From: Candidatus Altarchaeum sp.
Lineage (GTDB): Archaea > Altiarchaeota > Altiarchaeia > Altiarchaeales > Altiarchaeaceae
Assembly (NCBI GenBank): GCA_018260615.1
Contig: JAGWDQ010000026.1
Span: 1-12,380 of the forward strand
Length of the DNA: 12,380 nucleotides
Reading direction: 5' to 3'
Each line of letters begins with the position of its first letter. Within the stretch, counting starts at the first letter, position 1. The position numbers were made by a program, and so were the translations under genes. Of this stretch, positions 1 through 8,179 are shown piece after piece. The notes beneath the pieces were generated by a model. The model ran no database searches. It saw only the letters and a program-made list of their open reading frames with translations, and was not told the DNA's origin.

Positions 1-13
1 GAAGTAATTTAGG

Positions 14-73
14 TTTCAGTATTTAAAAATCTTGCAGATTTTTAAAGATTGAAAACTTGTAGTTTTCAGTATA
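14..73. repeat. Intergenic palindromic repeat (A-tract hairpin family), sister of 8475-8536
   Basis: tttcagtatttaaaaatcttgcagatttttaaagattgaaaacttgtagttttcagtata aligns with 8475-8536 with only a few substitutions and 2 single-base gaps. It contains an 11-bp stem tttaaaaatct-tgc-agatttttaaa (22-46). Confidence 0.85.
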
Positions 74-211
74 GATTTTCAGTAATTCCTACCCGGGAGC
101 AGTTACCTATTTTTTTATTATTTAGCATTTAGTTCTTAATTGTTTTTTGATTATTTAAAATATAAATAACGAATTTTAATTATATGATAAGTTTTTGATA
201 AACCTTTAAAA

Positions 212-853
212 ATGACCGATATCGAAAAAAAATTCGGCTCAATAGAAAATGCTGTTAAGGAAGCAATAAAATTTCACGGGAAATGTAAGTATACGCCCGG
301 AATAATCATCGGTGTTTATATGCTTGATTTCGGATTAAAGAAATTTTATGAAGAATTTAAAGAAAAAGAAGGAAACCCTGTAAGATTTAATGTTGTCTGC
401 GAGACGGATTGGTGTTTGCCTGATGTCTTTCAAATACTGATGCATTTAACGCTTGGCAACAGATATATGCACATAGTAAAGGCAGATGGAAAATTTGCTT
501 ATGCATTATATGACAGAAAAGACGGAAATGGAGTAAGGGTTTTTATAAACCTGGAAAAATTGAACAAAGATGGTGAAATTTATAAATTTTTTACAAGAAC
601 AAGAGACAATATTGTACATACGGATGCAAAAATAAGGTCGTTAAGCAACAGAAAAATTTTCTATGAATACATGGACATTGCAGACAAATTTGAAATTTTC
701 GGTTATAAAAAGGTACATGTTAATATACCTGCAAAAGTAGAATATCTTCCTGCAAAAATTTGTAAAATTTGCGGAGAGTCATTTTTGAGTAAAGACAAAG
801 AAATATGTCTGACATGTTCAGGAGAGAAAAAGGCATACTTTACATATTTATAA
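212..853 (+). CDS. fmdE: FmdE-family protein (formylmethanofuran dehydrogenase subunit E-like) with C-terminal C4 zinc finger
   Basis: N-terminal FHG..PG motif, CETDWCLPDVFQ...TLGN, GKFAYALYDRKDGNGVRVF, and C-terminal CKIC...CLTC. These match the FmdE + Zn-finger subgroup as I recall it. Family-level call only; enzymatic role not established. Confidence 0.8.
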   Translation: MTDIEKKFGSIENAVKEAIKFHGKCKYTPGIIIGVYMLDFGLKKFYEEFKEKEGNPVRFNVVCETDWCLPDVFQILMHLTLGNRYMHIVKADGKFAYALYDRKDGNGVRVFINLEKLNKDGEIYKFFTRTRDNIVHTDAKIRSLSNRKIFYEYMDIADKFEIFGYKKVHVNIPAKVEYLPAKICKICGESFLSKDKEICLTCSGEKKAYFTYL

Positions 854-919
854 AATAAATAAAATAACAATATTTTCCTGACATTGATTTGACATTCTTT
901 ATATAATCCGAATTCTTAA

Positions 920-1004
920 TTATATAAAGTCATAACTCTTAATTATATAAATTCTCAATTATATAAAGTTATAATTATACAAGGTCATAATTATAAAGTC
1001 ATAA
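920..1004. repeat. 16-bp tandem repeat array (consensus TTATATAAAGTCATAA), candidate operator/promoter array
   Basis: Units at 920 ttatataaagtcataa, 943 ttatataaattctcaa, 959 ttatataaagttataa, 975 ttatacaaggtcataa, 991 ttataaagtcataa. The last four are phased at 16 bp and the array ends 24 bp before the ATG at 1029. Confidence 0.75.
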
Positions 1005-1028
1005 ATTAAACATAATTTAAATTTAAAA

Positions 1029-2477
1029 ATGTCCGATACAAAGATGCATTCTGAAAAAAGCAAGGTTATTTGTGTAAATGTTAACGAAGAAACATTAAAA
1101 ATATTATCCTTTATAAAGAATAAGTCAGAATTCATCAGAGAAGCAATAAAGGATAAATTCCTATATGAAAAATTCAGGGAAGAATATATGAACTTGAAAG
1201 AACAAGTTGAAAAACTCAAAGCGGAAAATGAAAAAATAAAGACAGAAAAAAAGACAAAAACAAAAAAAACGGATGAATATGAAAAGAAAATTAAAGAAAA
1301 AGAAATAACTATAGAAAAACCTGAAAAAACTATTGAAAAACAGAAAGAAGAAAGCAAAAATCTTCCGGAAGAAATTGAAAAAGCCAGAATAAAATTAAGT
1401 TACTTTACGCAAAAAGAAAAAGAATATGAGGAAAAAGAGAGAGTAGGAAAAGTGACTGAAAGAGTAAGAGAGATAAAGAAAGAGGAAAAAGCAGCAGAGC
1501 GGATAAATCTTCCAAAAATACCCGAAAAAACAGACATACTAATAAAACAAAAAGAAGAGGAATATGAAGATATGATAAAGAGTATAAAAAAAGAAAATGC
1601 CGTAGTTAAAGACAAACCTGCAAAAGAACCCGATAAAGAAATATTTGAACAAAAAATATTTGAAGATGACACATATAAAAAAATATTTAAATTTAAAGAA
1701 GATAAAATAAAAGATACAAAAGAAAATACAGGAGAAGTCATAGAAAAACCGGATAATAATAAAGAAGAAGAAAATAAACTGGAAAACATAATAAGATATC
1801 CTGAGCAAAAAGAAAAAGTAACAGAGCTGATAAATATTCCAAAAATTGCTGAAAAAAATGAAGTAATGCTAAAACAAAAACAGGATGAATATACTGAGAT
1901 AATAAAAGGAATGAAGGAAGGATGTGCTGTGACTGCGGAAAAACCAAAAGAGCTAAAAAAAGAAAAAAATGAGGTGGAAAATATAGAACCTGAAAAAACA
2001 ACTACGGAAAAAAAGAAAATAATACAGGAACCGGATAAAAAGATATCAGAAGATAATATAATAAAAGATACAACAGAAAAAAGAACAGATGTCGTAGAAA
2101 AATCAAAAGAAATAAGGAAAGAGGAAAAAGCAACAGAGCCGGTAAATCTTCCAAAAATTGCTGAAAAAAATGAAGTAATGCTAAAACAAAAACAGGATGA
2201 ATATACTAATATAACAAAGAGCATAAAGGAAAAGATTATGGTGGATGTGGAAAAACCAAAAGAGATGAAAGAAGATGAAAACGAATTTGAAGAAGTAAAA
2301 ATGGCGGGCTCCCGAAAAATATCCGAGGCGGATTTAATAAAAGGTGCAAAAGAAATTTATAACAAATACAAGAAGCATGGAAAGTCCGCAATTAAAATTA
2401 CGGAAAAATATCTGCAAAAAAGAGGAGTTACTGAGACAAACAAAATTATAGAAGAAGTAATTAAAAACAACAAGTAA
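1029..2477 (+). CDS. Ribbon-helix-helix (CopG/Arc/MetJ-like) protein with coiled-coil and K/E-rich internal repeats
   Basis: Residues ~13-45 KVICVNVNEETLKILSFIKNKSEFIREAIKDKF show an alternating beta strand, helix A and the SEFIREAI helix-B pattern typical of RHH. The rest is highly charged, with three copies of an (I/V)N(L/I)PKI.EK...L.KQK..EY unit. Confidence 0.7.
   Translation: MSDTKMHSEKSKVICVNVNEETLKILSFIKNKSEFIREAIKDKFLYEKFREEYMNLKEQVEKLKAENEKIKTEKKTKTKKTDEYEKKIKEKEITIEKPEKTIEKQKEESKNLPEEIEKARIKLSYFTQKEKEYEEKERVGKVTERVREIKKEEKAAERINLPKIPEKTDILIKQKEEEYEDMIKSIKKENAVVKDKPAKEPDKEIFEQKIFEDDTYKKIFKFKEDKIKDTKENTGEVIEKPDNNKEEENKLENIIRYPEQKEKVTELINIPKIAEKNEVMLKQKQDEYTEIIKGMKEGCAVTAEKPKELKKEKNEVENIEPEKTTTEKKKIIQEPDKKISEDNIIKDTTEKRTDVVEKSKEIRKEEKATEPVNLPKIAEKNEVMLKQKQDEYTNITKSIKEKIMVDVEKPKEMKEDENEFEEVKMAGSRKISEADLIKGAKEIYNKYKKHGKSAIKITEKYLQKRGVTETNKIIEEVIKNNK
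1837..2207 (+). repeat. Intragenic direct repeat: identical 59-bp copies at 1837-1895 and 2149-2207, with a diverged third copy near 1480-1570
   Basis: ttccaaaaattgctgaaaaaaatgaagtaatgctaaaacaaaaacaggatgaatatact is read at both positions and encodes PKIAEKNEVMLKQKQDEYT. Confidence 0.9.
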
Positions 2478-2479
2478 AA

Positions 2480-3712
2480 ATGATTAACAATACTCCCAAT
2501 AAAAACAATACTGAAAATAATGCAAAAAAGGAAAACTGGAAAAATGTATGGCTTTTAAGTACAACCTCTTTGTTAAATGATTTAAGTAAAACACTGCTGA
2601 TGATTGTATTGCCATTTTATTATGATAGTTTGGGATTCTCAAAGTCATTAATGGGATTAATTGAAGGTCTGATGGCAAGTATAGGCAGTTTGGCAAATTT
2701 TGGTACCGGGTATTTATCAGATAAAACAAAAAATGCAAGAAAATACGCAATAATGGGCTATGCCTTACTTCCAATAGCACGACTGTTGCTAATTCCGGTT
2801 CAGACATTATACGGAATAATATTTTTAAGAACGATGAACGGAATCGGAGAAGGAATGAAGGATGCTCCAAGAGATGTCATTCTTACAAATTCGGTAAACA
2901 AAGAAAACCGGGGCAAAGCTTATGGAATACACAGAACACTTCACCAAATCGGAGCAGTTATCGGAACAATTATCGCATTTTTTTTTATAACCTCTTTAAC
3001 ATTTCAGCAAATTTTTTTAATTGCCGGAATTGCCGTTTTTGCAGGTGTCATAATATTGTTCTTTGTAAAAGAAAAAGGAAAGGAAAATGGACAACAAAAC
3101 AAGACATTAAAAACGGCAAATTCAAAAGAAAATTTAATGACCTTGCTGAAAGAAAAAAATTTCAGAAATTTTATCACAATATCAGCAATCTTTTCATTAG
3201 CAAACATAGGTGTATTCTATTTAATGGTTAGAGTTGCAGAATTAGTAAAAACCGGGAATATTGAAATGGTATATGTTCCATTTATTTATCTGCTTTTTCC
3301 ATTGACATTTGCTATTACTGCATATCCTATGGGGTGGCTGTCAGATAAAATTTCAAGAAAGAATATAATAATTGCAGGTTATATTTTATTTGCCTTTTTA
3401 AATATTGGAATTGTCTTTGCAAATTCATTAATTCCAATGATGTTAATATTTGGTTTGTACGGATTATTTTGGTCATCAACACATGCTATGTTAAGGGCAT
3501 TTACAACAGATATTGTCGGAGTTGAAAACAGAGGAAAGGCACTTGGATTGTATCATGCCATAAGCGGATTATTTGTATTTCCGGGTTATATATTTGCTGG
3601 TATGCTGTGGGATAATTTCGGATATATTTACCCTTTTATTTTTGCGTCAACAATTGGAATTGTATGTGCTTTACTTATGTTTGTTTTTGTAAATAGTGAG
3701 AAAATAGATTAG
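2480..3712 (+). CDS. Major facilitator superfamily transporter
   Basis: 410 aa with about 12 hydrophobic segments. Motif A-like GYLSDKTKNARK in the first half and GWLSDKISRK in the second, plus APRDVILTNSV..ENRGKAYG and ENRGKALG loops. Starts 2 bp after the upstream stop. Confidence 0.92.
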   Translation: MINNTPNKNNTENNAKKENWKNVWLLSTTSLLNDLSKTLLMIVLPFYYDSLGFSKSLMGLIEGLMASIGSLANFGTGYLSDKTKNARKYAIMGYALLPIARLLLIPVQTLYGIIFLRTMNGIGEGMKDAPRDVILTNSVNKENRGKAYGIHRTLHQIGAVIGTIIAFFFITSLTFQQIFLIAGIAVFAGVIILFFVKEKGKENGQQNKTLKTANSKENLMTLLKEKNFRNFITISAIFSLANIGVFYLMVRVAELVKTGNIEMVYVPFIYLLFPLTFAITAYPMGWLSDKISRKNIIIAGYILFAFLNIGIVFANSLIPMMLIFGLYGLFWSSTHAMLRAFTTDIVGVENRGKALGLYHAISGLFVFPGYIFAGMLWDNFGYIYPFIFASTIGIVCALLMFVFVNSEKID

Positions 3713-3759
3713 ACCATAAAATGCGTTGAGGGCATATAATAAAAAAATCAGAAGAACAT

Positions 3760-3902
3760 TCACACAAAGTCACCAGGTTACAGAATATAACTCCTTTGTG
3801 TCTCTGTGTCTTGGTGCGATTTTCAAAACGCAGAGTTTTGAAAATATCCGAGCGTTAGCGATGTTAGGAACTAATAAAACGAACTTTCCTGTACGATAAA
3901 AA
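3760..3902 (+). repeat. CACAAAG-arm palindromic repeat plus AATAAAACGAACTTTCCTGT tail, copy A (interrupted); sister copy at 10198-10302
   Basis: cacaaagtcaccaggttacagaatataactcctttgtgtctctgtgtcttggtg and aataaaacgaactttcctgtacgataaaaaa align almost base for base with 10209-10262 and 10272-10302. Lies between convergent genes. Confidence 0.9.
3819..3865 (+). mobile_element. 47-bp double-hairpin unit inserted into repeat copy A
   Basis: attttcaaaacgcagagttttgaaaatatccgagcgttagcgatgtt is absent from the sister copy at 10264 and is homologous to 8284-8329. Confidence 0.7.
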
Positions 3903-3945
3903 ATTATATAATAAAATTCATTAAAATTATATAACAAATCATAAA

Positions 3946-5259
3946 TTAGGCAACTATCTTCACTCCCTTGCATGCCGCATTCGGTGCATAAATCCCGCCT
4001 CTGTTTTCAACATCTTTGTCAATTCCCAAAATTTCCATACCTATAACCTTTCCACTCAACAGAAAATTTTTCAGCGGAATTTTGTTGCCATTTTCAACAT
4101 AAAAGCCCCTGTCAACCTTAACGGAAAATTCAGTTGTTGAAGAATTAGCCGTGTGCATTCCGCTTACCGAACAGACATATATTGCCTTTTTATATTCGTC
4201 AAAAATTTCCTTAACTTTGTTTCTGCTGTCAATAACAATATTGTGAAACCCTGTGGAAGGACTACCTGCTCCTGATCTTGCTGCATTTCCTGTCGGCTCA
4301 GCATTAAATTTCTTTGCCATAGTCCAGTCATAAGCAAAATTTTGGACAACTCCGTCTTTCATCAGCAAATTTTCCCTTGTTTTGCATCCTTCACCATCAA
4401 AAGTTGCAGAATTAACGCCTTTTTTCATTAACGGCTCATCAGTTATTGTCAAATTTAAATTTCCTATACTTTTGCCAATTTTTCCCGCAAGCAATGACTC
4501 ACCTTTGTCAACCGCCTCCGCATCAAAATTATTAACAAACAATGCGAGCAATTCGCTGAATGTCTGCTGATTAAATACAACCACATCGGGAATTTTTTTG
4601 ATTTTTCCCGGATTTAACGAGTCCGTTGCTTTTGTTTTTAAATTTCCCATAAAATTTCCGACATCAAATAAAAACCGTTCTTCTTTTTCATCAATTGCCG
4701 TTGATTTGTCTTTGGCATTACAATTCCCGCTAATGCACAATCCGCTTACCCCGAAAAAAGAGGTCTCCTCCTCGCATTCAACACCCTCCGAATTTACAAT
4801 TTTGCCCGATGCAATTCCGTAATCAATAGACCCTTCGCTCAATGTATTCCTTTCATCAAAAATTTTAAGGTAATCCCTGACATCATCCGGCTCAAAATCC
4901 AGAATTTTTCTGTCAACATCTTTGTATTTTTCTTTATTCGCCTCCGGAAGCCCGTAAAAATCAACCGGCTTTGAGAGTTTGGCAATCGTAACCGCTCTTT
5001 TTACAATGCCATCATCTAATTTATTTGATAAGACATATCCCTGTTTTTTGCCAGTAAATATCCTGAATCCGACATTAAAACCGGTTGCACTTTCAACTGA
5101 ACTGACTGTGTTTTTATGTAAATTTGCCGTTGTGCCGTTTGCCTGATACACATAAATTTCACAGTCACCGAATTTACTGCCCTGTTTTATAATCTTTTCT
5201 ATTTTTTCGTCATCAAACGCAAAAGATGTTTCCTTCTCTTTTATTGTGCGATTCTTCAT
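3946..5259 (-). CDS. pmbA: TldD/PmbA family protein, PmbA (TldE)-type
   Basis: FDGEG motif, GNAARSG...PST, VSGMHTANSSTTEFSV and N-terminal EIYV...G..GFRIF. No HExxxH, which points to TldE/PmbA rather than TldD. ATG at 5259 chosen over the TTG at 5271 used by the ORF track. Confidence 0.85.
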   Translation of the reverse strand: MKNRTIKEKETSFAFDDEKIEKIIKQGSKFGDCEIYVYQANGTTANLHKNTVSSVESATGFNVGFRIFTGKKQGYVLSNKLDDGIVKRAVTIAKLSKPVDFYGLPEANKEKYKDVDRKILDFEPDDVRDYLKIFDERNTLSEGSIDYGIASGKIVNSEGVECEEETSFFGVSGLCISGNCNAKDKSTAIDEKEERFLFDVGNFMGNLKTKATDSLNPGKIKKIPDVVVFNQQTFSELLALFVNNFDAEAVDKGESLLAGKIGKSIGNLNLTITDEPLMKKGVNSATFDGEGCKTRENLLMKDGVVQNFAYDWTMAKKFNAEPTGNAARSGAGSPSTGFHNIVIDSRNKVKEIFDEYKKAIYVCSVSGMHTANSSTTEFSVKVDRGFYVENGNKIPLKNFLLSGKVIGMEILGIDKDVENRGGIYAPNAACKGVKIVA

Positions 5260-5309
5260 TCTATTTGACAATTATTATATAAAAATCACATACTTTGTTA
5301 TATAAAACA

Positions 5310-5924
5310 TTATTTAAATTTCATATTATTTTTAAATTTCAGATAAAACCATATAACAAATATTATTACTGCTAAAATAAATACATAGTCCAATATAGAT
5401 GTGTATTGCTCAATCATAGACCAGTTCTGATTTAAGAGGTATCCCAAATATACCAAAATACCGCACCATATAAATGAGCCGACAAAAGTATATAAGGAAA
5501 ATTTTTTAATGTCCATCCTCGCGATTCCTGCCGGAAAAGAAATCAGATGCCTGACAACGGGAACAAACCTCGCTATAAAGACCGCCTTTTCGCCGTGCTT
5601 TTGGAAAAAATTTTCTGTTGTCGTCAAATGCCCCCCGGTTATTAATACATATTTTCCATACTTTAAAATAAATGCCCGTCCAAAAATTTTGCCCACATAA
5701 TATGAAAATAGTGACCCTATAAGCGAACCAATCGCTCCTGTCAGTATAACTGCCAGCATATTTAATTTCCCGTCATAAACCAAAAATCCTGCAAAAGGCA
5801 TAACTACCTCGCTTGGAACCGGAAGTGCTGTTGATTCCATTGCCATAAGTATAATTATTCCCGCATATCCTGCCTGCTCAATAAAATTGACACAAAAATC
5901 AAATATTGGCTCTATAAGACTCAT
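5310..5924 (-). CDS. dedA: DedA family membrane protein
   Basis: MAMESTALPVPSEVVMPFAG, GSLFSYYVG, FFQKHGEKAVFIARFVPVVRHLISFPAG..RM are canonical DedA motifs. Confidence 0.93.
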   Translation of the reverse strand: MSLIEPIFDFCVNFIEQAGYAGIIILMAMESTALPVPSEVVMPFAGFLVYDGKLNMLAVILTGAIGSLIGSLFSYYVGKIFGRAFILKYGKYVLITGGHLTTTENFFQKHGEKAVFIARFVPVVRHLISFPAGIARMDIKKFSLYTFVGSFIWCGILVYLGYLLNQNWSMIEQYTSILDYVFILAVIIFVIWFYLKFKNNMKFK

Positions 5925-6068
5925 TATTTTTTAGTTATATATAATAAATTAAACCTTCAAACAAATAATTAACAAAATTTAAAAATTTTTTATTTAGTTT
6001 TTATTTAATATGGCGTTCTAATTTATTATATAGAAAATTTAAAACATAAAATCCTAAAAATTTTAAAA
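5925..6068. promoter_or_regulatory. Divergent AT-rich promoter region (dedA / dnaG)
   Basis: 144-bp gap between divergent genes with TATA-like ttatatataa (~5935-5944) and ttattatata (~6023-6032). Position-based inference. Confidence 0.45.
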
Positions 6069-7286
6069 ATGTCAAAAGCACCAGCAGATACGATAAAATA
6101 TATTATACACGCAGATGTGTCAATAGACGGAGTAGTTGATAAGCCGGATGTTGTAGGAGCAATCTTCGGACACGCCGAGGGTTTGCTTGGAGAGGATCTG
6201 GAACTCAGGGATCTGCAAAAAACAGGAAGAATCGGTAGAATTGAAGTAAACATAAATTCGGTTGCAGGAAAGTCAGTGGGAAAAATAATTGTGCCATCCA
6301 GTTTAGATGTTGTTGAGACATCAATTATTGCCTCTGCGGTTGAGATGGTTGACAGAGTCGGCCCATGCGGAGCGGCAATCAGAATTATAGATATTGAAGA
6401 TACACGGTCAGCCAAAAGAAAAAAAATAATTGAGCGGGCAAAAGAATTAGTTAAAAAAATGATTATTGAACAGATTCCGGACAGTCAAAAGATAGAAGAA
6501 GAAGTTAGAGGTATGGTTCAGACAAGTCAGATTATTACTTATAAAGGGCTTCCGGCGGGTTCTGAAATAGAAACATCTGAAATAATGATAATAGTTGAGG
6601 GCAGAGCGGATATTTTAAATCTTCTTAAAGCGGATATTAAAAATACAATTGCAGTTGAAGGTACAAATGTTCCCGATGTGGTTTCTGAATTAACAAAAAA
6701 GAAGTCCGCGATTGCGTTCTTAGACGGTGACAGGGGAGGGGATATTATATTGAAAGAGCTTCTTCAAAAAGCGGATATTGACTATGTTGCAAGAGCACCA
6801 AGAGGAAGAGAGGTTGAGGACTTAGGAAAGAAAGAAATAATAATGGCATTAAGAAAGAAAATTCCTGCAGCACAATTAAGACAGGAAGAAACAAACCGGA
6901 CCGAAACAGGAACCGGACAACGGGTAAGAGAACATTCATTTCCGTTACCTGTAAAACCACAGGAAAGACCACCTGTGGAAGAACCAAAGGAAGATCCCGA
7001 GATAAAAATAAAAAATATTCTGCTGGAACAATTACAGAAAACCAAAGGCAGTTTAATGGCAAAATTATTTGATAAGGAAATAAAAATGATAACGGAAATT
7101 GAAATTAAGGATATGCTGACAACAATTCAGTCCATAAAACCACATGCTATTGTTTTTGACGGGATAATAACCCAGCGACTAATAGACGGGGCTGCTGAAA
7201 ACGGAGTAAAATATATTGCGGGAATTAATCAGGCAATGATATCAAACGCAAAGGAGATAAGTATAATACTTGAGAAAAGGCAATAA
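6069..7286 (+). CDS. dnaG: Archaeal DnaG-like protein (TOPRIM; exosome-associated in studied archaea)
   Basis: [48 protein letters not shown]-terminus, [20 protein letters not shown]...AVEG and [21 protein letters not shown]. Confidence 0.96.
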   Translation: MSKAPADTIKYIIHADVSIDGVVDKPDVVGAIFGHAEGLLGEDLELRDLQKTGRIGRIEVNINSVAGKSVGKIIVPSSLDVVETSIIASAVEMVDRVGPCGAAIRIIDIEDTRSAKRKKIIERAKELVKKMIIEQIPDSQKIEEEVRGMVQTSQIITYKGLPAGSEIETSEIMIIVEGRADILNLLKADIKNTIAVEGTNVPDVVSELTKKKSAIAFLDGDRGGDIILKELLQKADIDYVARAPRGREVEDLGKKEIIMALRKKIPAAQLRQEETNRTETGTGQRVREHSFPLPVKPQERPPVEEPKEDPEIKIKNILLEQLQKTKGSLMAKLFDKEIKMITEIEIKDMLTTIQSIKPHAIVFDGIITQRLIDGAAENGVKYIAGINQAMISNAKEISIILEKRQ

Positions 7287-7384
7287 GGAAATTTAATATT
7301 TAAGGACTAATTAATAAATTTAATATATAAAAATAAATTTAATAATAAGGAAATTTAATATTTAATATATAAGGACTAATTAAT
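7282..7384 (+). repeat. Local direct duplication spanning the dnaG stop
   Basis: aataaggaaatttaatatttaa at 7282-7303 and 7344-7365; taaggactaattaat at 7301-7315 and 7370-7384. Confidence 0.75.
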
Positions 7385-7424
7385 TAAAAAAAATATTAAT
7401 TAAAAAATTTAAAAAATATGTAAA

Positions 7425-8006
7425 ATGGGAGAACTAACAGAGTCGGAAAGGGTAGAGATTGAATCAAAAAGGGAAATTATAGATAGTGTACCAAAGGTTA
7501 TTGTCTATGGGGGAATATCAGTAATGGTTTGGATTTTTACAATGCTTGTATATATACCATTAGGCGGAAGTTTGATGCTTGCAGAGGGTTTAAGCGTGGC
7601 GAATATTATTATGATTGTTGGATTTGTGGCATTAGTATTTTTTACATACAAGATTTTAAGAGAAATAAGAGATATTGCCAATGCTATCGGAGGATTGATT
7701 GCGGTGAAAAGTGGCGCATCCGGAGCAAGTAAAGAAGAAGTTGAACATATGCAAACTGCTGTGAGAGGAGTTGTATATGCAATTGTTGGTACGATAATGT
7801 TTGTGTTCCTGACAAGTGTTCTTAGGGGCTTAAATATAGGTGGATATACAAATTTAGGGCAAATGATTGTAGGAATTGGTTTAGTTGTGATGTTTATATG
7901 GGTAATTTTCCTGCTATACAGATCCGGAATGGCGGTATCCAAGGAATTAGAGAAATCAGCACACGAAAAAGCGGCAAAGATGCTGGAAGAGGCAGCAAAG
8001 GACTGA
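7425..8006 (+). CDS. Uncharacterised 4-TM membrane protein
   Basis: 193 aa, aaaATG start, four hydrophobic segments arranged as two hairpins, each followed by an amphipathic helix. No family recognised. Confidence 0.8.
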   Translation: MGELTESERVEIESKREIIDSVPKVIVYGGISVMVWIFTMLVYIPLGGSLMLAEGLSVANIIMIVGFVALVFFTYKILREIRDIANAIGGLIAVKSGASGASKEEVEHMQTAVRGVVYAIVGTIMFVFLTSVLRGLNIGGYTNLGQMIVGIGLVVMFIWVIFLLYRSGMAVSKELEKSAHEKAAKMLEEAAKD

Positions 8007-8040
8007 TGAGATTAGGAGATGAGATAAAAACAGGCAATCT

Positions 8041-8110
8041 GTTTTTTATCTTTTTTCTTTATTTCTTTAAAACATTAAAAGGCAATAACTTTATTTTTAT
8101 ATTTTTTATT
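8041..8110 (+). terminator. Probable oligo-T archaeal terminator region
   Basis: Several T6-T7 runs (gttttttatcttttttctttatttcttt...tatttttatattttttattt) 35-100 bp after the stop at 8006. Confidence 0.45.
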
Positions 8111-8179
8111 TATTATTCGGGCAATTAAAATAATTTAGTTAGCACTCAAATATTTTTAATAAATTTAAAAAATAAGTTA

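Noticed and set aside
260-310. Novel metal site in FmdE (FHGKCKYTPG instead of FHGHxCPG)
   Set aside because: As I recall, the FmdE + C-terminal Zn-finger subgroup commonly lacks the canonical HxHxC ligands, so this is within known variation. An alignment would be needed to claim more.
878-894. tgacatt direct repeat (878-884, 888-894) as an operator
   Set aside because: Only two 7-bp copies in AT-rich DNA; too weak to support.
959-2224. Minus-strand ORFs 959-1357, 1400-2224, 1539-1808, 1738-2001
   Set aside because: F/S/L-rich shadows of the A-rich K/E-coding plus strand; no independent coding signal.
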